Below, piece after piece: positions 48,778 to 61,830 of a stretch of 64,000 nt of DNA. The notes under the pieces were generated by a model, which worked only from the letters and a program-made list of their open reading frames with translations, did not search any database and had not been told where the DNA came from. Every line of letters begins with the position of its first letter. The stretch's first letter is position 1. The DNA is from Octopus sinensis (lineage: Eukaryota): assembly GCF_006345805.1 (NCBI RefSeq), contig NC_043012.1, positions 57,226,001-57,290,000 of the forward strand, written 5' to 3'. A program made the position numbers and the translations under genes.

Positions 48778-48818
<41 letters not shown>

Positions 48819-49140
48819 TATACAAATACATATTGGACTTTTCATCTGCCAAATTTACTCAAGGCTTTGGTCAGACTGGGGCTATAGGAAAAGATATTGG
48901 CTAAGGCGCCACACAGTGGGAGTGAACTTGAAACCATTTGGTTGGGAAGCAAACCTCTGAACCACAGTCATTAATAAAAATGAGGTTATGTCACTTAAAT
49001 TGATGCCAGAAGAGGAAATATTTAATTTTCTTTTGACAGAACACTACATCAAAGAATAGAATATTCTCATATTCTAGCATTCTTTGATGAAGAACTAACT
49101 CTTCCTGAAGATATGACAGATATATTTCTCTCTTCACAGC

Positions 49141-49174
49141 TCTTTGATGAAGGATTGTAATCCAAAACGTTAGA
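49141..49174 (+). ncRNA. Decayed hammerhead motif
   Basis: TCT | TTGATGA | aGGAT-tgta-ATCC | AAAAC | GTT^ | AGA; two core substitutions. Confidence 0.45.
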
Positions 49175-51616
49175 CTTCACTTTGTTATCGCAGCAACATA
49201 ATTTATTCTGCATTGTTTAATGTTTCTACTTACTATTTACTGACACAGATCATCAGAAGTTTAGAAGAAAAAAAAAAAAAAGAAAAAGATGTTAGATTGA
49301 TGTAAGATGAGGAAATAATTAATGTATTTTTCTTGGCAGAACACTATCTCAGAGAATGGTATATTCTCATATTCTGTCATTCTTTGATGGAGGAGTTTTT
49401 GCCTGACAGCAGAAATATTTCCTCTTTCCATCACAAACCAAACATACCAGAGTGACTAAATCTGTTGCATTATTTCCTTTCATCTGGGCAGTGGCGGGGG
49501 TGGTGGGATGAATCAAAGAATCTGTTGGGCACCAGACTAAATGCCTCACAGCAATTAATTACTAACTCTTTACAGTGTTAGTTTGAAAGAAAGGGTCTCT
49601 ACGTGGTTGCTCAACCTGTTAGAAACAGCAGGCAAATCTGTCTGCCTGCCAATCACACACTTTTTGTCTTAAGTTAGAAAAGGACACAGTGGCTGCGTGG
49701 TAAGTAGCTTACTTACCAACCACATGGTTTCAGGTTCAGTCCCACTGCGTGGCACCTTGGGCAAGTGTCTTCTGCCAAAGCCTCGGGCCAACCAAAGCCT
49801 TGTGAGTGGATTTGGTAGAGGGAAACTGAAAGAAGCCCGTCATATATATAATATATATACGACCTGCCTTTAACTAGTAGTTAAAGGCAGGTGAATTAGC
49901 AGAATTGTCAGAATGTCAGAAAAAAATACATTGAGGTATTTAATCCAATTTTTGTACCGAAGTCTTACTGGAAACATCTTTGCTGTTCATCCTTCAGGAA
50001 ACTGGAAGTGGAGCCAATAAAATAAGGTTCCAGTCCAGGGTGATAGATTGGCAAAATTATTAGAACACAAGGTAAAAAGCTTTGTGGAATTGGTACTTGT
50101 GTGAATCTTTACATTCTGAGTTTAGATCTCATCAGGGCAAACTTTGCTTTTCAGCTTTCTAGGGATTATCAAATAAAATACTAAAATACTAATCCTGAAT
50201 AGTAGATTGGCAGAATGGTTAGTGTGTTGAATAAAATGCCTACTCATATTTGCTCTGGCTTTTTACATCCTGAGTTCAAATCCCACCAGGCTCAACTTTG
50301 TTTTCCAACCTTGCAGGGCCAAAAAACTAAGCTAACCAGTGCAGAATAGCAGATCAACTAAATTGTTAGTGTATTGAACTAAATGCTTCTGTGGTATGAC
50401 TGAAAATTATATTCGTAGGGAGTCTAACCTCCCTAGAAGATTCAGTTATGATGGGTATTTCTAACCACATTCAATTTCACTTGCCCTTCCAGAACAATTA
50501 ACTTCCAATACACTTCATATCTTCTTATACACAGATCATTCCTCTCCAGTGGCAGAAGATATGCATCTATCACTCATTTTCATAACCAAATATAACATTT
50601 CCTACACAGGCTGCTTTCAGTTTAAGTGTATTTTATGATATTTCAAACCAAATTGATGTAGCTTGTTTAAAGAACTAGCTAAATTTTTGACCAAATTATT
50701 TCAGCTTGTTTAAAGAACGAGCTAAATTCTCGACAGAATTATTTCGGTTTGTTTACAGAACTAGAAAAAAAGAAAAACAACAAATATAAAAACAACAACC
50801 AAAGACTACTTTTATAAGCTTAGAGATAAATTTTCTGTTCAAGAGAAAAGAGAAAAGATAAAACTTTAAGAAAGATGTTTATTCGTGTTTATTCGAAAAA
50901 TCTCAATGAATTTCTTTGTAAAAGAAACGCAAGCAAACTCAGTGAACTTCTGTCATCACAAAATTTTGTTTATTGAGTTGAATTTTATTTTTCCTTTTAT
51001 AATCAAATCACTTGAATGTAGTGGTGGGGGGAGGTGGGAAACAGAGGTACAGACACAGGCTTGGGTGAATGGTTTAGGAGTTTGAGTTTACTCTGCAATC
51101 AGATCACTCTGGTTTCGATTCCACAGCATGACATTTTTGGCAAGTGCCGTTTACCAAAGAAGTATATATATATATATTTATATGTATATCATCATCATCA
51201 TTTAATGTCTGTTGTCCATGCTGGCATGGGTTGGACAGTTTGACCAGGGCTGGTAAGAAGTGGGGTTGCACCAGATGCCAGCCTAATTTGGCATGGTTTC
51301 CAAGAGTGCTAGTTGCATGACACCAATATCTGCCATGACTACGATTTCCCTTGGCTAGAAGGGTCTTCTCAAGCACAACATATTGCCAAAAGTCATTTGT
51401 CATTGCCTCCATGAGGGGTTTTATGTGCATGTATGTATTATTTGATAACTGTTTGATTTGGCTCTGTTCAACTTAAAGGTTTGTGGGCTCATAAAACGAA
51501 CCTAGCTCTTCGTGCTTAAATGACCGAATGGAGAAAGTTCAAGATGGCCACAGAAGATTGAGCTGCTATCAGTCAAGGTGTGAGGTGTTATGGATATTAG
51601 TATTTATACAATATAG

Positions 51617-51700
51617 GCATAGGAGTGGCTGTGCTTATCTTCTACTATAGCCTCGGGCCGACCAAAGCCTTGTAAGTGGATTTGGTAGAAAGAAACCTGT

Positions 51701-51775
<75 letters not shown>

Positions 51776-52036
51776 ATATATATATATTATATATGTATAT
51801 ATATATATATGTACGTATGTGTGTATATGTTTGTGTGTCTGTGTTTGTCCCCCCCAACATTGCTTAAAACCGGTGCTGGTGTGTTTACATCCCTGTAACT
51901 TAGCGATTCGGCAAAAGAGACCGATAGAATAAGTACTAGTCTTACAAAGAATAAGCCCTGGTGTCGATTTGCTTGACTAAAGGTGGTGCTCCAGCATGGC
52001 CACAGTCAAATGACTGAAACAAGTAAAAGTGTAAAG
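51617..52036 (+). mobile_element. SINE family A copy with expanded internal (TA)n
   Basis: Colinear with 3718-4128, head partly deleted, about 110-nt internal microsatellite. Confidence 0.8.
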
Positions 52037-52554
52037 AGTATCGACATCAGATACGGATAGAATTTTTGATATGTATGTTTAGGATCGCATGGTTGGATGG
52101 AATGTTGATGGTGCCTCACTGTCTAAAGTATCTAGAGAGAATTGTCAGCAACACCAGCTGCTGGTGTGCATGTGTGTAATTGCTGTATCATAGGTGCATG
52201 ATTGTATATATCTGGTGTGTGTGTGTTTGCTGTGCGTGCTCATGATATATGAAGGACTCTCTCATCATTAGATGACATATGAGGGTTCGGCAATTTCTAA
52301 CTGAACAACTATACAGATGATTTAATTATCGGGATCAATTGTTTGTGTACCCATAAGCTCACTCCCTCCACCAGATCGACATTACCTGTACAGGTGCAAT
52401 GGGTGCCACATGTCAGATGTTGAAATGATTGCACAGCAACATGAAATGAAATGCCTTGCTTAAGAACACAACACAACGCCCAGTCTGATAATTGAACCCA
52501 CGATCTTGCAACTGCGAGTGCTACACCTTAACTACTAAGTCATGCACCTTCACT

Positions 52555-52930
52555 ACCATTTGCTTCCCAACCAGATGGTTCCAGGTTCAGTCCCACTGCA
52601 TGGCACCTTGAGCAAGTGTCTTCTACTATAGCCTTGGGCCAACCAAAGCTTTGTCAGTGGATTTGTAGACGGAAACTGAAAGAAGCCCATTGTATATATC
52701 TATGTGTGTGTGTCTTTGTTTGTCCCCCACCATTGCTTGACAATCAATGTTGATGTGTTTATGTCCCTGTAACTTAGTGGATTGACAAAAGAGATAGGTA
52801 GAATAAATACTAGGCTTATAGAGAATATAAATCCAGGGGTCAATTTCTTTGACTAACAAACCCTTTAAGGTGGTGCTCCAGCATGGTCGTAGTCAAATGA
52901 CAGAAACAAATAAAAGAACAAAAGAGTAAA
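52555..52930 (+). mobile_element. SINE family A copy
   Basis: Colinear with 3718-4128, 5'-truncated. Confidence 0.8.
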
Positions 52931-53049
52931 AGAATATATTTATCTAAGTACATATGTCACCGCTTCATGGGTTGTTGTCAAGCTGCAGTGAGGACCTTGC
53001 ATGTTTCTAAGACCCTGAAAACCATACTGGTGGGGAGTTTAGCCTCCCT

Positions 53050-53420
53050 GACATATTTAATCATGCTGGGAAGGTGAAAGGGTTGAAACCAGACTAAAGG
53101 GTAGTCCATGGTTATATAGGCTGAGGTGTTGACATGGGGTTTGCAGCCCCGCCTTGTAAAACCCACAGCCACTATAAAAGCATCAGTGAAGAAATTAAAG
53201 CAAATCTGACAGTTCTGGGGATCAGATGGACCCTTCAATGTGAGAAATGAAGCATTTTAGATGAAGGTGAAAAGGACTTTGGTCAATGCGACCTGGGAAA
53301 TGAAGTGAAATTTAGATGAAGTTGATGAGGGCAAATGCATAGAAAGACCCTAGACAGAGCTGAATGTCAGGAGATCATTGACAGTCTACACCCACCTAGG
53401 AACCAAGGGCCTAAGTAAGA
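53050..53420 (+). mobile_element. Possible internally deleted RTE-derived element
   Basis: 5' part ggggtttgcagccccgccttgtaaaa and 3' part ccctagacagagctgaatg...gggcctaagtaag resemble RTE ends; degraded. Confidence 0.35.
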
Positions 53421-53921
53421 GTGAATGGGGTATTTGAGTATTTTTTATTGGTTTACATCATAGAAAAGAACCCAACAAGCAGTGCTTTACAAACACAGTT
53501 CCTGGCAGACATCAGGTTGGACAATCCCTGGTCATTCCATTCCCACCATTTGTAATACAGTGAAAGTGTGATCAGCCCGTTGTTCATAAGTTGCAATAGA
53601 AAATGGATAAAAAATTGATATGAAATAATAACAATAATACAAGACAAACAAATAAATATATCCAGTAATCTATGTTATAACGGTCTTGCTATGCTAACAA
53701 AATTATTGAGCAAAGTATTATATTTGACGCCTGATATAATGGCCCTATTATAACTTATAAACTAGAGTGTATGGGGGAGAGTAGAGTGGAGGGCAAATAT
53801 TACTGTGTATTCAAGTAAACTAAATTTAAAGAGTCATACGAAAACTGGTGCAAAGTTACATAGATGATATAATGATATGTTTCTGATGAGACAGTTGTAT
53901 TCAAGTCACAGACATGAAGCA

Positions 53922-53976
<55 letters not shown>

Positions 53977-54268
53977 TTATGCAGACACTCACTCACACAC
54001 ACATACGTACGTATGTAGAGACTCACACTGCAAAGAGCAGTGCATATCATCTATTAATCTAGAGAAAGCATTTGTCTGTATAGAATTGACAATCACGGAC
54101 TTATAAATATATATACTCCTTGCAAAGATCAAGAAATTTTGCATTTTATCTGTCAAACTAGAGAAACCACGCATTTGTCTTTAGAATACAAAATCTGTCT
54201 GTCTGTCTCTTTCTCTCTCACATACATACATACACACACACACATATATATATAGATGCATTCACTCA

Positions 54269-54307
<39 letters not shown>

Positions 54308-54664
54308 AATGTATGTATGTATGTACTTACTCATATATGTATTCACTCATACATACTTTGCAAAGATCAATAAGTTTTCTATTTGATTTGTTAATCTAGA
54401 GAAAGTAGATATAGACGACTGATTTATGGAAGTTGCTTTAGTTGTTTTTGTTGTTGTTATTTAGCCCCAGGTTGTCAGTCCTGATGGAGAAGACTTATGA
54501 TCAAAGGAATTCTCATTTAATCAAAATTTTTGAACTCACTAAATTACACATATGAGATGGTGGTGTATTTGTATTTACTGATGTCAAACCCTTCCCTGCG
54601 GTCATTCTGTTCATATACATAATCAGCATCACTCTTTCCCTACATACATACATACATACATACC

Positions 54665-54714
<50 letters not shown>

Positions 54715-54741
54715 TCTATCAATCAATCTATGTGTGTGTGT

Positions 54742-54779
<38 letters not shown>

Positions 54780-56336
54780 CCTTGGATGGAATTTATAGAT
54801 AGCTCAATGCATTGCTACACACGTTTCCACAAATTATGTTTCTTAAGATCATAGTCCACATTGCTAGGACAATTACAGTACAATCCATAGTATCCGTGGA
54901 CAATGGGTAGATCATGTTCATGCATTCATTGCTTCGGGCAATAAAACTGGTATTCCCAGTTGGTATCATTAGGCTGTAGCTGGCACAATAGAATAAGAGC
55001 TTTTATGTGTATATTCAAAACGTTTCCTGTAAATGAACTTAAGGGACATATATATATATATATTTCGATTATTTTTGTTACTTGAATTATATACGTATAT
55101 ATGTGGGCATGTCCACTCCACACACACATCAGTAACATTCATCAATTTCTTGAGGATGAGGTCATAACCCCAAAATATTGAATACAAGGTAAGTCTACAT
55201 TAATTCACATATTTGTTTTCTTGAGATTTACCTTGTATTTACTTCACATTGTTTTGGCGTTACCTACGATCTTTTATACAATATATTCTACACAATGCTT
55301 CACAGTAATTATTTCATATATATATATATAATTCAAATTTACAGAAAGCAAGACGAAGACAGGTATAGGAACTACAAGCAGGTGTATTAGTTTAATACTC
55401 GGGAAGAATGGAAAAGTTTTTTACGTTTCAAGCCTACGCTCTTTGATTAAGAGGATTAGGAGAGGAAAAATGTGCAGAGTTCAACAGTCCAACATAGCAA
55501 GATGACAGGAAAAAAGAGGCTGAACTAAAGGGAGATAATAATAATGATAATGGTAATGATGACCCCAATGAACTAAGGTGCACAAGAGTATGTGTGTATG
55601 TGAGAATGGTGTGTGTGTGTGAGTGTGTATGTATGAATGGGGACGAGTGTGTGAGTACATATGTGTGCGTGAATGTATATGTGTATATAGACATGTGTAT
55701 ATGTGAATGTGTACAGACATGTATATGTGTGAGGCTAACGTGTGTGTGTGTATTCTGTATAGGAGTTGATATGTGCTTGTTCATACATTCAGCATTTTAA
55801 TTCTCATTATTTTTGCCATCCACGTCTCCATGCTTGCATGGGCCAGATGGAGTTTACTGAGGCAGATTTTCTAAGGCTGGATGCCCTTCCTGTTGCTAAC
55901 CCTCACCTCTTTCAAAGTAAGATATTATTTTCTCCATGACCAGACATGTTTGCGCAAAATTTTTGAAGTGAAAGACATCATATGCATAACAGTTATACTT
56001 ATTTACAACTATCATGTGATATCTAGACAAGGAGATAGTAACATAAATACACACACAGACACACACACGCATCATCATCATAATCTTCATTTAATGCCTG
56101 TCTTCTATGCTGATATGCTTATATATATATACAAACATGCACACATAAAAAAATATATATAGAACAGGCTTCTTTTAGTTTCCATTTACCAAATCCACAC
56201 ACATACCTCTTGTTGGCCTGGGGCTATTGTACAAGACTACTGCATATTGGCATATTGGGACTGAAGCTGAAACCACATGGTAGCAAAGCAAGGTTCTCAA
56301 CCACAACACCTCTGCCTGTGCCTATATATATATATA

Positions 56337-56392
<56 letters not shown>

Positions 56393-56395
56393 TAT

Positions 56396-56613
56396 ATGTC
56401 GGTGCTGAAGAGTTACTGGCTTTAAGGGTATTGCAAAAAAACCTTGTTGGTGGCCCAACCTTGCGAGTTCTTTTTATAGGGATTAAAAAACTGAAGGACC
56501 GCTGCAATAAGTGTGTGAATCTGAGAGGAGACTATGTTGAACAAAATGATAACTAACTGGTTCGCCTGTATTTTGTTTTACCCCAAGCCAGGGACTTTTC
56601 AGCACCCCCCTCA
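56396..56613 (+). mobile_element. Mariner-derived MITE
   Basis: TIRs ggtgctgaagagtt..tggc / gccagggacttttcagcaccccc; interior encodes KLKDRCNKCVNLRGDYVE, a mariner C-terminal remnant. Confidence 0.7.
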
Positions 56614-57622
56614 TATATATAAATACATACATGCATATATATATATACACACACACACATATATGTATGTATCTCTCATTCATTCATCCAGTTTTATTTC
56701 TGTTTTTCTATACTAGCATGTGTTTGAAGGATATGCTACTGAGATATTGCTTTACACACTGATGTTGTTGCTGACATTAACCTTCACCTGCTTTTCAACT
56801 AAAGGACCTCTTCTTATACCACATAGCTTTGAAGGCATGCTGCTAAAAGATGATTTGTTGGCATCAGAAAGCAAAAAAAAAAAAAAAAAAAAGAAATATA
56901 TATTCAACAAAACCATCCTAATAAAACTAATAAAACCACTTCCTTTTTGCTTTTCAAAGAAAATATCAGATTTCACAGTAACGAAGATGCAAAGCTTGAA
57001 GTCTATATTTTCAATAAGAAAAAAAAAAAAAAAAGAAAAAATGAATAGAATGTTTGAATAAATTATTCTTTTACTAGTTTCAATCACTGGGCAGTGACCA
57101 TGCTGGAGCAATGCCTTCAAGTGATTTAGAGGGTCATACTGATCTTGCTACTTATTTTAGTCTGGTGTTTATTTTATTGATCTTTAATTGTCAAGCAGCT
57201 AAGTTGTGGGACGCAGACAGATAAAACATGAACAACTCTAGTTTTTAGACTTGTAAATATAAATGCAGCTATGGACACAGAACCACTTATTCTGTTGCTA
57301 TTTCTGTTTATGGCACACCCACTTTGGCGATCTATAGGCAGTCTGTTTGTCTTATCATCTCAAAGACAGTTTTGTTTTTGTTGGTATTTCTCTTTCTCAT
57401 AAGAGATCATCATCATCGTCATCATCATTTAACGTCTGCCTTTCAAACAGGCATGGGTGGATATATATATATATATATAATGCGTGTGTGTGTATAATAT
57501 ATATATATAATGTTGTGTTCCTGAGCAAGACACTTTATTTCACGTTGCTCCAGTTCACTCAGCTGTAGAAGTGAGTTGCGACATCACAGGTGCCATGACC
57601 GAAGGGGGTCTCAAGATATATA

Positions 57623-57658
<36 letters not shown>

Positions 57659-57781
57659 TGTATGTATGTATGTATGTATGTATATTATATATATATATAT
57701 TATTCAAAATGTGACTGCATGTGTACCGTTGGCGATTTTTTTTCCTCCGTCTTCCCTTCTTTGGATCTTTCCTTTTCCTAT

Positions 57782-57816
57782 GTTTATGATGAAGAGCTCT
57801 GCTTGAAACGTTAAAC
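57782..57816 (+). ncRNA. Minimal hammerhead motif with one core substitution (same family as 43227)
   Basis: GTTT | ATGATGA | aGAGC-tct-GCTT | GAAAC | GTT^ | AAAC. Confidence 0.6.
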
Positions 57817-57946
57817 CCTCCTTCTTCCTTCTTATGAGCATCCAATAATACTATACTGTTCCACGTCCTCGCGTTGTTGTGTTTTCTCTTTGTGTTTTCA
57901 TGTTTGGATTAACTTATATATATATATAATATATATATCTATAATA

Positions 57947-58185
57947 TAATTCGAGACAAAACCACTATTTGCAAAACAAACAAGGAAGACTTAATCAATA
58001 CATAAAATTTTTAATATAAAGAAATAACCCTGACGAATGTCATTGAAGACATGAAATCCACCTGACGAATGTCATTGAAGACATGAAACGATTGTAGTGG
58101 CGGTTTATTTCTTTATATTAAAATTTTTATGTATTGATTAAGTCTTTCCTGTTTGTTTTGCAAAATAGTGGTTTGTCTCGAATTA
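57947..58185. repeat. Fold-back element: ~83-89-bp inverted arms around a hammerhead
   Basis: 57947-58029 is the reverse complement of 58097-58185 apart from about five homopolymer-type differences and a short deletion. Confidence 0.9.
58058..58100 (+). ncRNA. Minimal type-I hammerhead ribozyme motif with intact core
   Basis: CCAC | CTGACGA | ATGTC-attgaa-GACAT | GAAAC | gatt | GTA^ | GTGG. Stems I, II and III and all core residues are present; predicted cleavage after 58096. Confidence 0.8.
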
Positions 58186-58309
58186 TTATATAATATTTTA
58201 CTATAAAATTGGATTTAATCCTAAATCTGATTTTCCCCTGTAAATTTGGATTTATTCCCTAATATTTATTATTATAATATATATATATATATATATATAA
58301 TATATATAT

Positions 58310-58356
<47 letters not shown>

Positions 58357-59576
58357 TGTTGTGTGTGTGTGTGTGTATGTGGGAGAGTAAGGCACATGGC
58401 CTAGTGGTAAGGAGTATCAAACTCGCAATCATGAGATTGTGGTTTCGATTCCAATCATGTCTGTAAAACTGTAACTGTGATCTTTCAATATAGAAGAGTA
58501 GCGACTCGCCCCCAAGAGATGCCCTGATTCCCGATCTGCACACATATGTATATGTTATAGTCCCTGAAGTCTAAAGCCTGATTTTTCTGTAAACCCACTT
58601 TTTTTCTCATGATGATATTTTTCTGGCCCCAACAATCTTGTCACAATGGGGCTACGCTGGATTTGTTTCATAAATTCTGTAATCAGCTATGAAACAAAAT
58701 TGGTTGAAAGATTCATAGCAAAACAAACATGTTAAATAAATGGCGAACAGAATGCCATTTTTTTTTTTTGTGGGTAACGATGGTGGAGGTGTTGGTGTTG
58801 GTAGTGATAACATTTTGTAATCAACTAACGAAAATAATTGCATTCTCTTTAGCACTGTCTCGACATGTTTGTTTTGTTAGGGATCCCCCCAGCCAATTTT
58901 CTTTTGCGTGTATTCATGTAGGAGACAAGAGAGGTGGAAGAAGACAGTAAGTTTAAGAAGTTCCAAAACCTTTATTTCAGAAATGCCAGTTGAATATTTT
59001 TGCTTTATTAATCTTGTATTTTCTCTTCTGTTTTTTTTTTTCTCTCTCTTTTTTAACTAAAAAGTCACTATTGACGGCTTATATCTTGTTGAACTAGTAA
59101 GAATAACAAGCAATCTATTCATGTACACACACACACACGCACTGGCAACTATTATCTGTATACACACACATACATACGCGCGCACACACACACACACATA
59201 CACACCATACCACCATGCAAAATGGACATTAAATGATGAGGATGATGATGATAACACAGAACTCCAAAGAACAATAATTATATACATATATATATATGCA
59301 TGTATGTATGTATGTATGTATGTATGTATATTTATATACAGAGAGAGAGGGGGAGAAGGAAAGAGGGAGGGAGAGGGAGACCTGTTTCTGCTATAAGATG
59401 CAATTATACAATGCATTTACTTAAATAATCTTTTATTGTGCTTTATATTCGAATAACACTTTTCTCTGAAGTATATGTATATTGAGGTTAAACATCATAT
59501 TTTTACTATTGTTATTCCTAAGCAATATTTTATATACAAACATATATACATACATATATATAATATATATATTTGT

Positions 59577-59925
59577 CACATGGTTCCAGGTTCAGTCCTA
59601 CTGCGTGGCACCTTGGGCAAGTGTCTTCTGCTATAGCCCCGGGCCGACCAATGCCTTGTGAGTGGATTTGGCAGACGGAAACTGAAAGAAGCCCGTCGTA
59701 TATATGTATATATATATATGTGTGTGCGTGTATGTTTGTGTGTCTGTGTTTGTCCCCCTAGCATTGCTTGACAACCGATGCTGGTGTGTTTACATCCCTG
59801 TTACTTAGTGGTTCGGCAAAAGAGACCGATAGAATAAGTACTGGGCTTACAAAAGTTGCTCGATTAAAGGCAGTGCTCCAGCATGGCCACAGTCAAATGA
59901 CTGAAACAAGTAAAAGAGTAAAAGA
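59577..59925 (+). mobile_element. SINE family A copy
   Basis: Colinear with 3718-4128, 5'-truncated. Confidence 0.85.
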
Positions 59926-60089
59926 GTATATATATACACATACACACACACACACACACATGTTCTTAAGTGCGGATGTCTGTATGAGACCAAATAATAT
60001 ATTATCATAAATTATATAACAAAATTGCCACTGTGTGATTGCATGATACACTAGAAAATTTCAGCCCAAACACTCCCATATTATATTCT

Positions 60090-60430
60090 GTCATGGGTTG
60101 AATGGTTTGACTGAGGACTGGCAAGCCAGGAGGCTGCACCAGGCACCAATCTGATCTGCAAGGTTTCTATAGCTGGATGCCCTTCCTAATGCCAACCACT
60201 CCGACAGTGTAGTGGGTGCTTTTTACATGCCACTGGCACAGGGGCCAGTCAGGTGACACTGGCACTCACCATGCTTGAATGGTGCTTTTTACATGCCACT
60301 GGCATGGGAGTCAGTCAGGGAGCACTGGCATTAACCACGCATGAATGGTGCTTTTTACCTGCCACCTGGCATGGGTGCCAGTTTGGCGGCACTGGCATCG
60401 GCTATGCTCGAATGGTGCTTTTTACATGCC
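60090..60430 (-). mobile_element. Family D short retroelement (RTE-like 3' tail with internal tandem units)
   Basis: ggcattaggaagggcatccagct tail shared with 1490-1655, 1942-2106, 8304-8615, 18440-18545, 41210-41600, 47205-47470 and 55800-55960; four repeats of ggtgctttttacatgccac. Confidence 0.65.
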
Positions 60431-60731
60431 ACCAGCAATAAAACGCACACCCCCCAAAAGAAAGTACTTAAATACATAGGGATGACTCTATCTTGGTATT
60501 TAGCACTCTCTTTGTACCACTTCTGCACTGTATACACCTGCTAAATCTATATCTAATATCTGTGTATGTTTGAGGGTGTATGTGGGGTGGTTTGGTAAAC
60601 TAAATTATTTCCTCATGCATAAAAATTTTGAGTAGTTGACATTAGCTATGTATATGTGTGTGAGTGCATGCATGATCATTATTTACATTATTTACATTCG
60701 ACAGATATTTGTCCTCATCTTGTTTGTTGTT

Positions 60732-60777
60732 AACATAACGTTTCAGCTGATATACCCTCCAGCCTTCTTCAGGTGTC
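60732..60777 (-). ncRNA. Minimal hammerhead motif, core intact, stem I weakened
   Basis: GACAC | CTGAAGA | aGGCTG-gagggtatat-CAGCT | GAAAC | GTT^ | ATGTT. Confidence 0.65.
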
Positions 60778-61709
60778 TTGGGGAAATTTTGAACCGTCGA
60801 ATGTAAATAATGTACATAATTCCTCATCTCTTAAATATAGAACTGCATGTATGATGTATGACTTTATGTGTGCATGGCGTGTGTGTGTGTGTGCACATGC
60901 ATGCATGTGTGTGTGTGTGCGTGCATGTATATGTGTATTGTAAGAACCTCAGAGCAGCGATGACAGAAATTAGTAATGGTTTGGTAGAATAAACTCTATT
61001 ACATGTTGAGTACTTTATTTCCCATTTGTGCCATCAACACACATACAGTTATGGCCAAAAGTTTGGAACATTTAAAAAAAAAAAAATTGTTATGCCCAGT
61101 ATATGCTCTGACCAATATAACTTTGGGCATTTAGTATTAAAAATTCCAATTTTCAGACCTATGGTCCAAACTTTTGGTAATGACGGTACATGCATGCATG
61201 TGTACCCCCAACCTGCACACACACACATTCATTCATGCACACACAAAAGAGTAATGTCATTTCTTGTACATATAAGACAATTTACTAATAACAACAATTT
61301 CTCTGGGCTTTTTTGACTATTTTCCTTTCTTGTGTTTGAACAGGGGAATCTATCCCGAAATATTATAAGGTAATAAAAAGCAATCCATAACAGGGTAATA
61401 CAATATCTTTTGATGATACATATATATATATGTGCATATAAATAAAAAAAAGATGAATTAAATACTACAAAATGTACATGTAGGAGAGACACAAGGACCC
61501 TAATTCTTCCCCAGTTATCAACCAAACATACTAATACCCAGTTTCACGCCTTTAATGATAAGACTAGGAACTTCATATATCAGCAGCACCCACAAGATTT
61601 GCAGAGAATTAGGGCTCGAGCAAATAAAATAATACAGGGTGGACATACGAAAGTAAACAGAAGTAATTTGAAACATTAGACAAAGACAATAAATAAAGCC
61701 TTGGAGCCA

Positions 61710-61777
<68 letters not shown>

Positions 61778-61779
61778 TA

Positions 61780-61815
<36 letters not shown>

Positions 61816-61830
61816 TTATATATAATATAA

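Noticed and set aside
53883-53915. CTGATGA followed by a GAC/GTC stem
   Set aside because: No GAAA after the stem and no stem I partner.
55012-55050. Minus-strand stem-GAAAC-GTT
   Set aside because: The core position is occupied by (TA)n; not counted as a hammerhead.
58030-58093. CRISPR-like or other prokaryotic repeat array
   Set aside because: Only two units with no spacers; eukaryotic context; explained as a duplicated hammerhead core.
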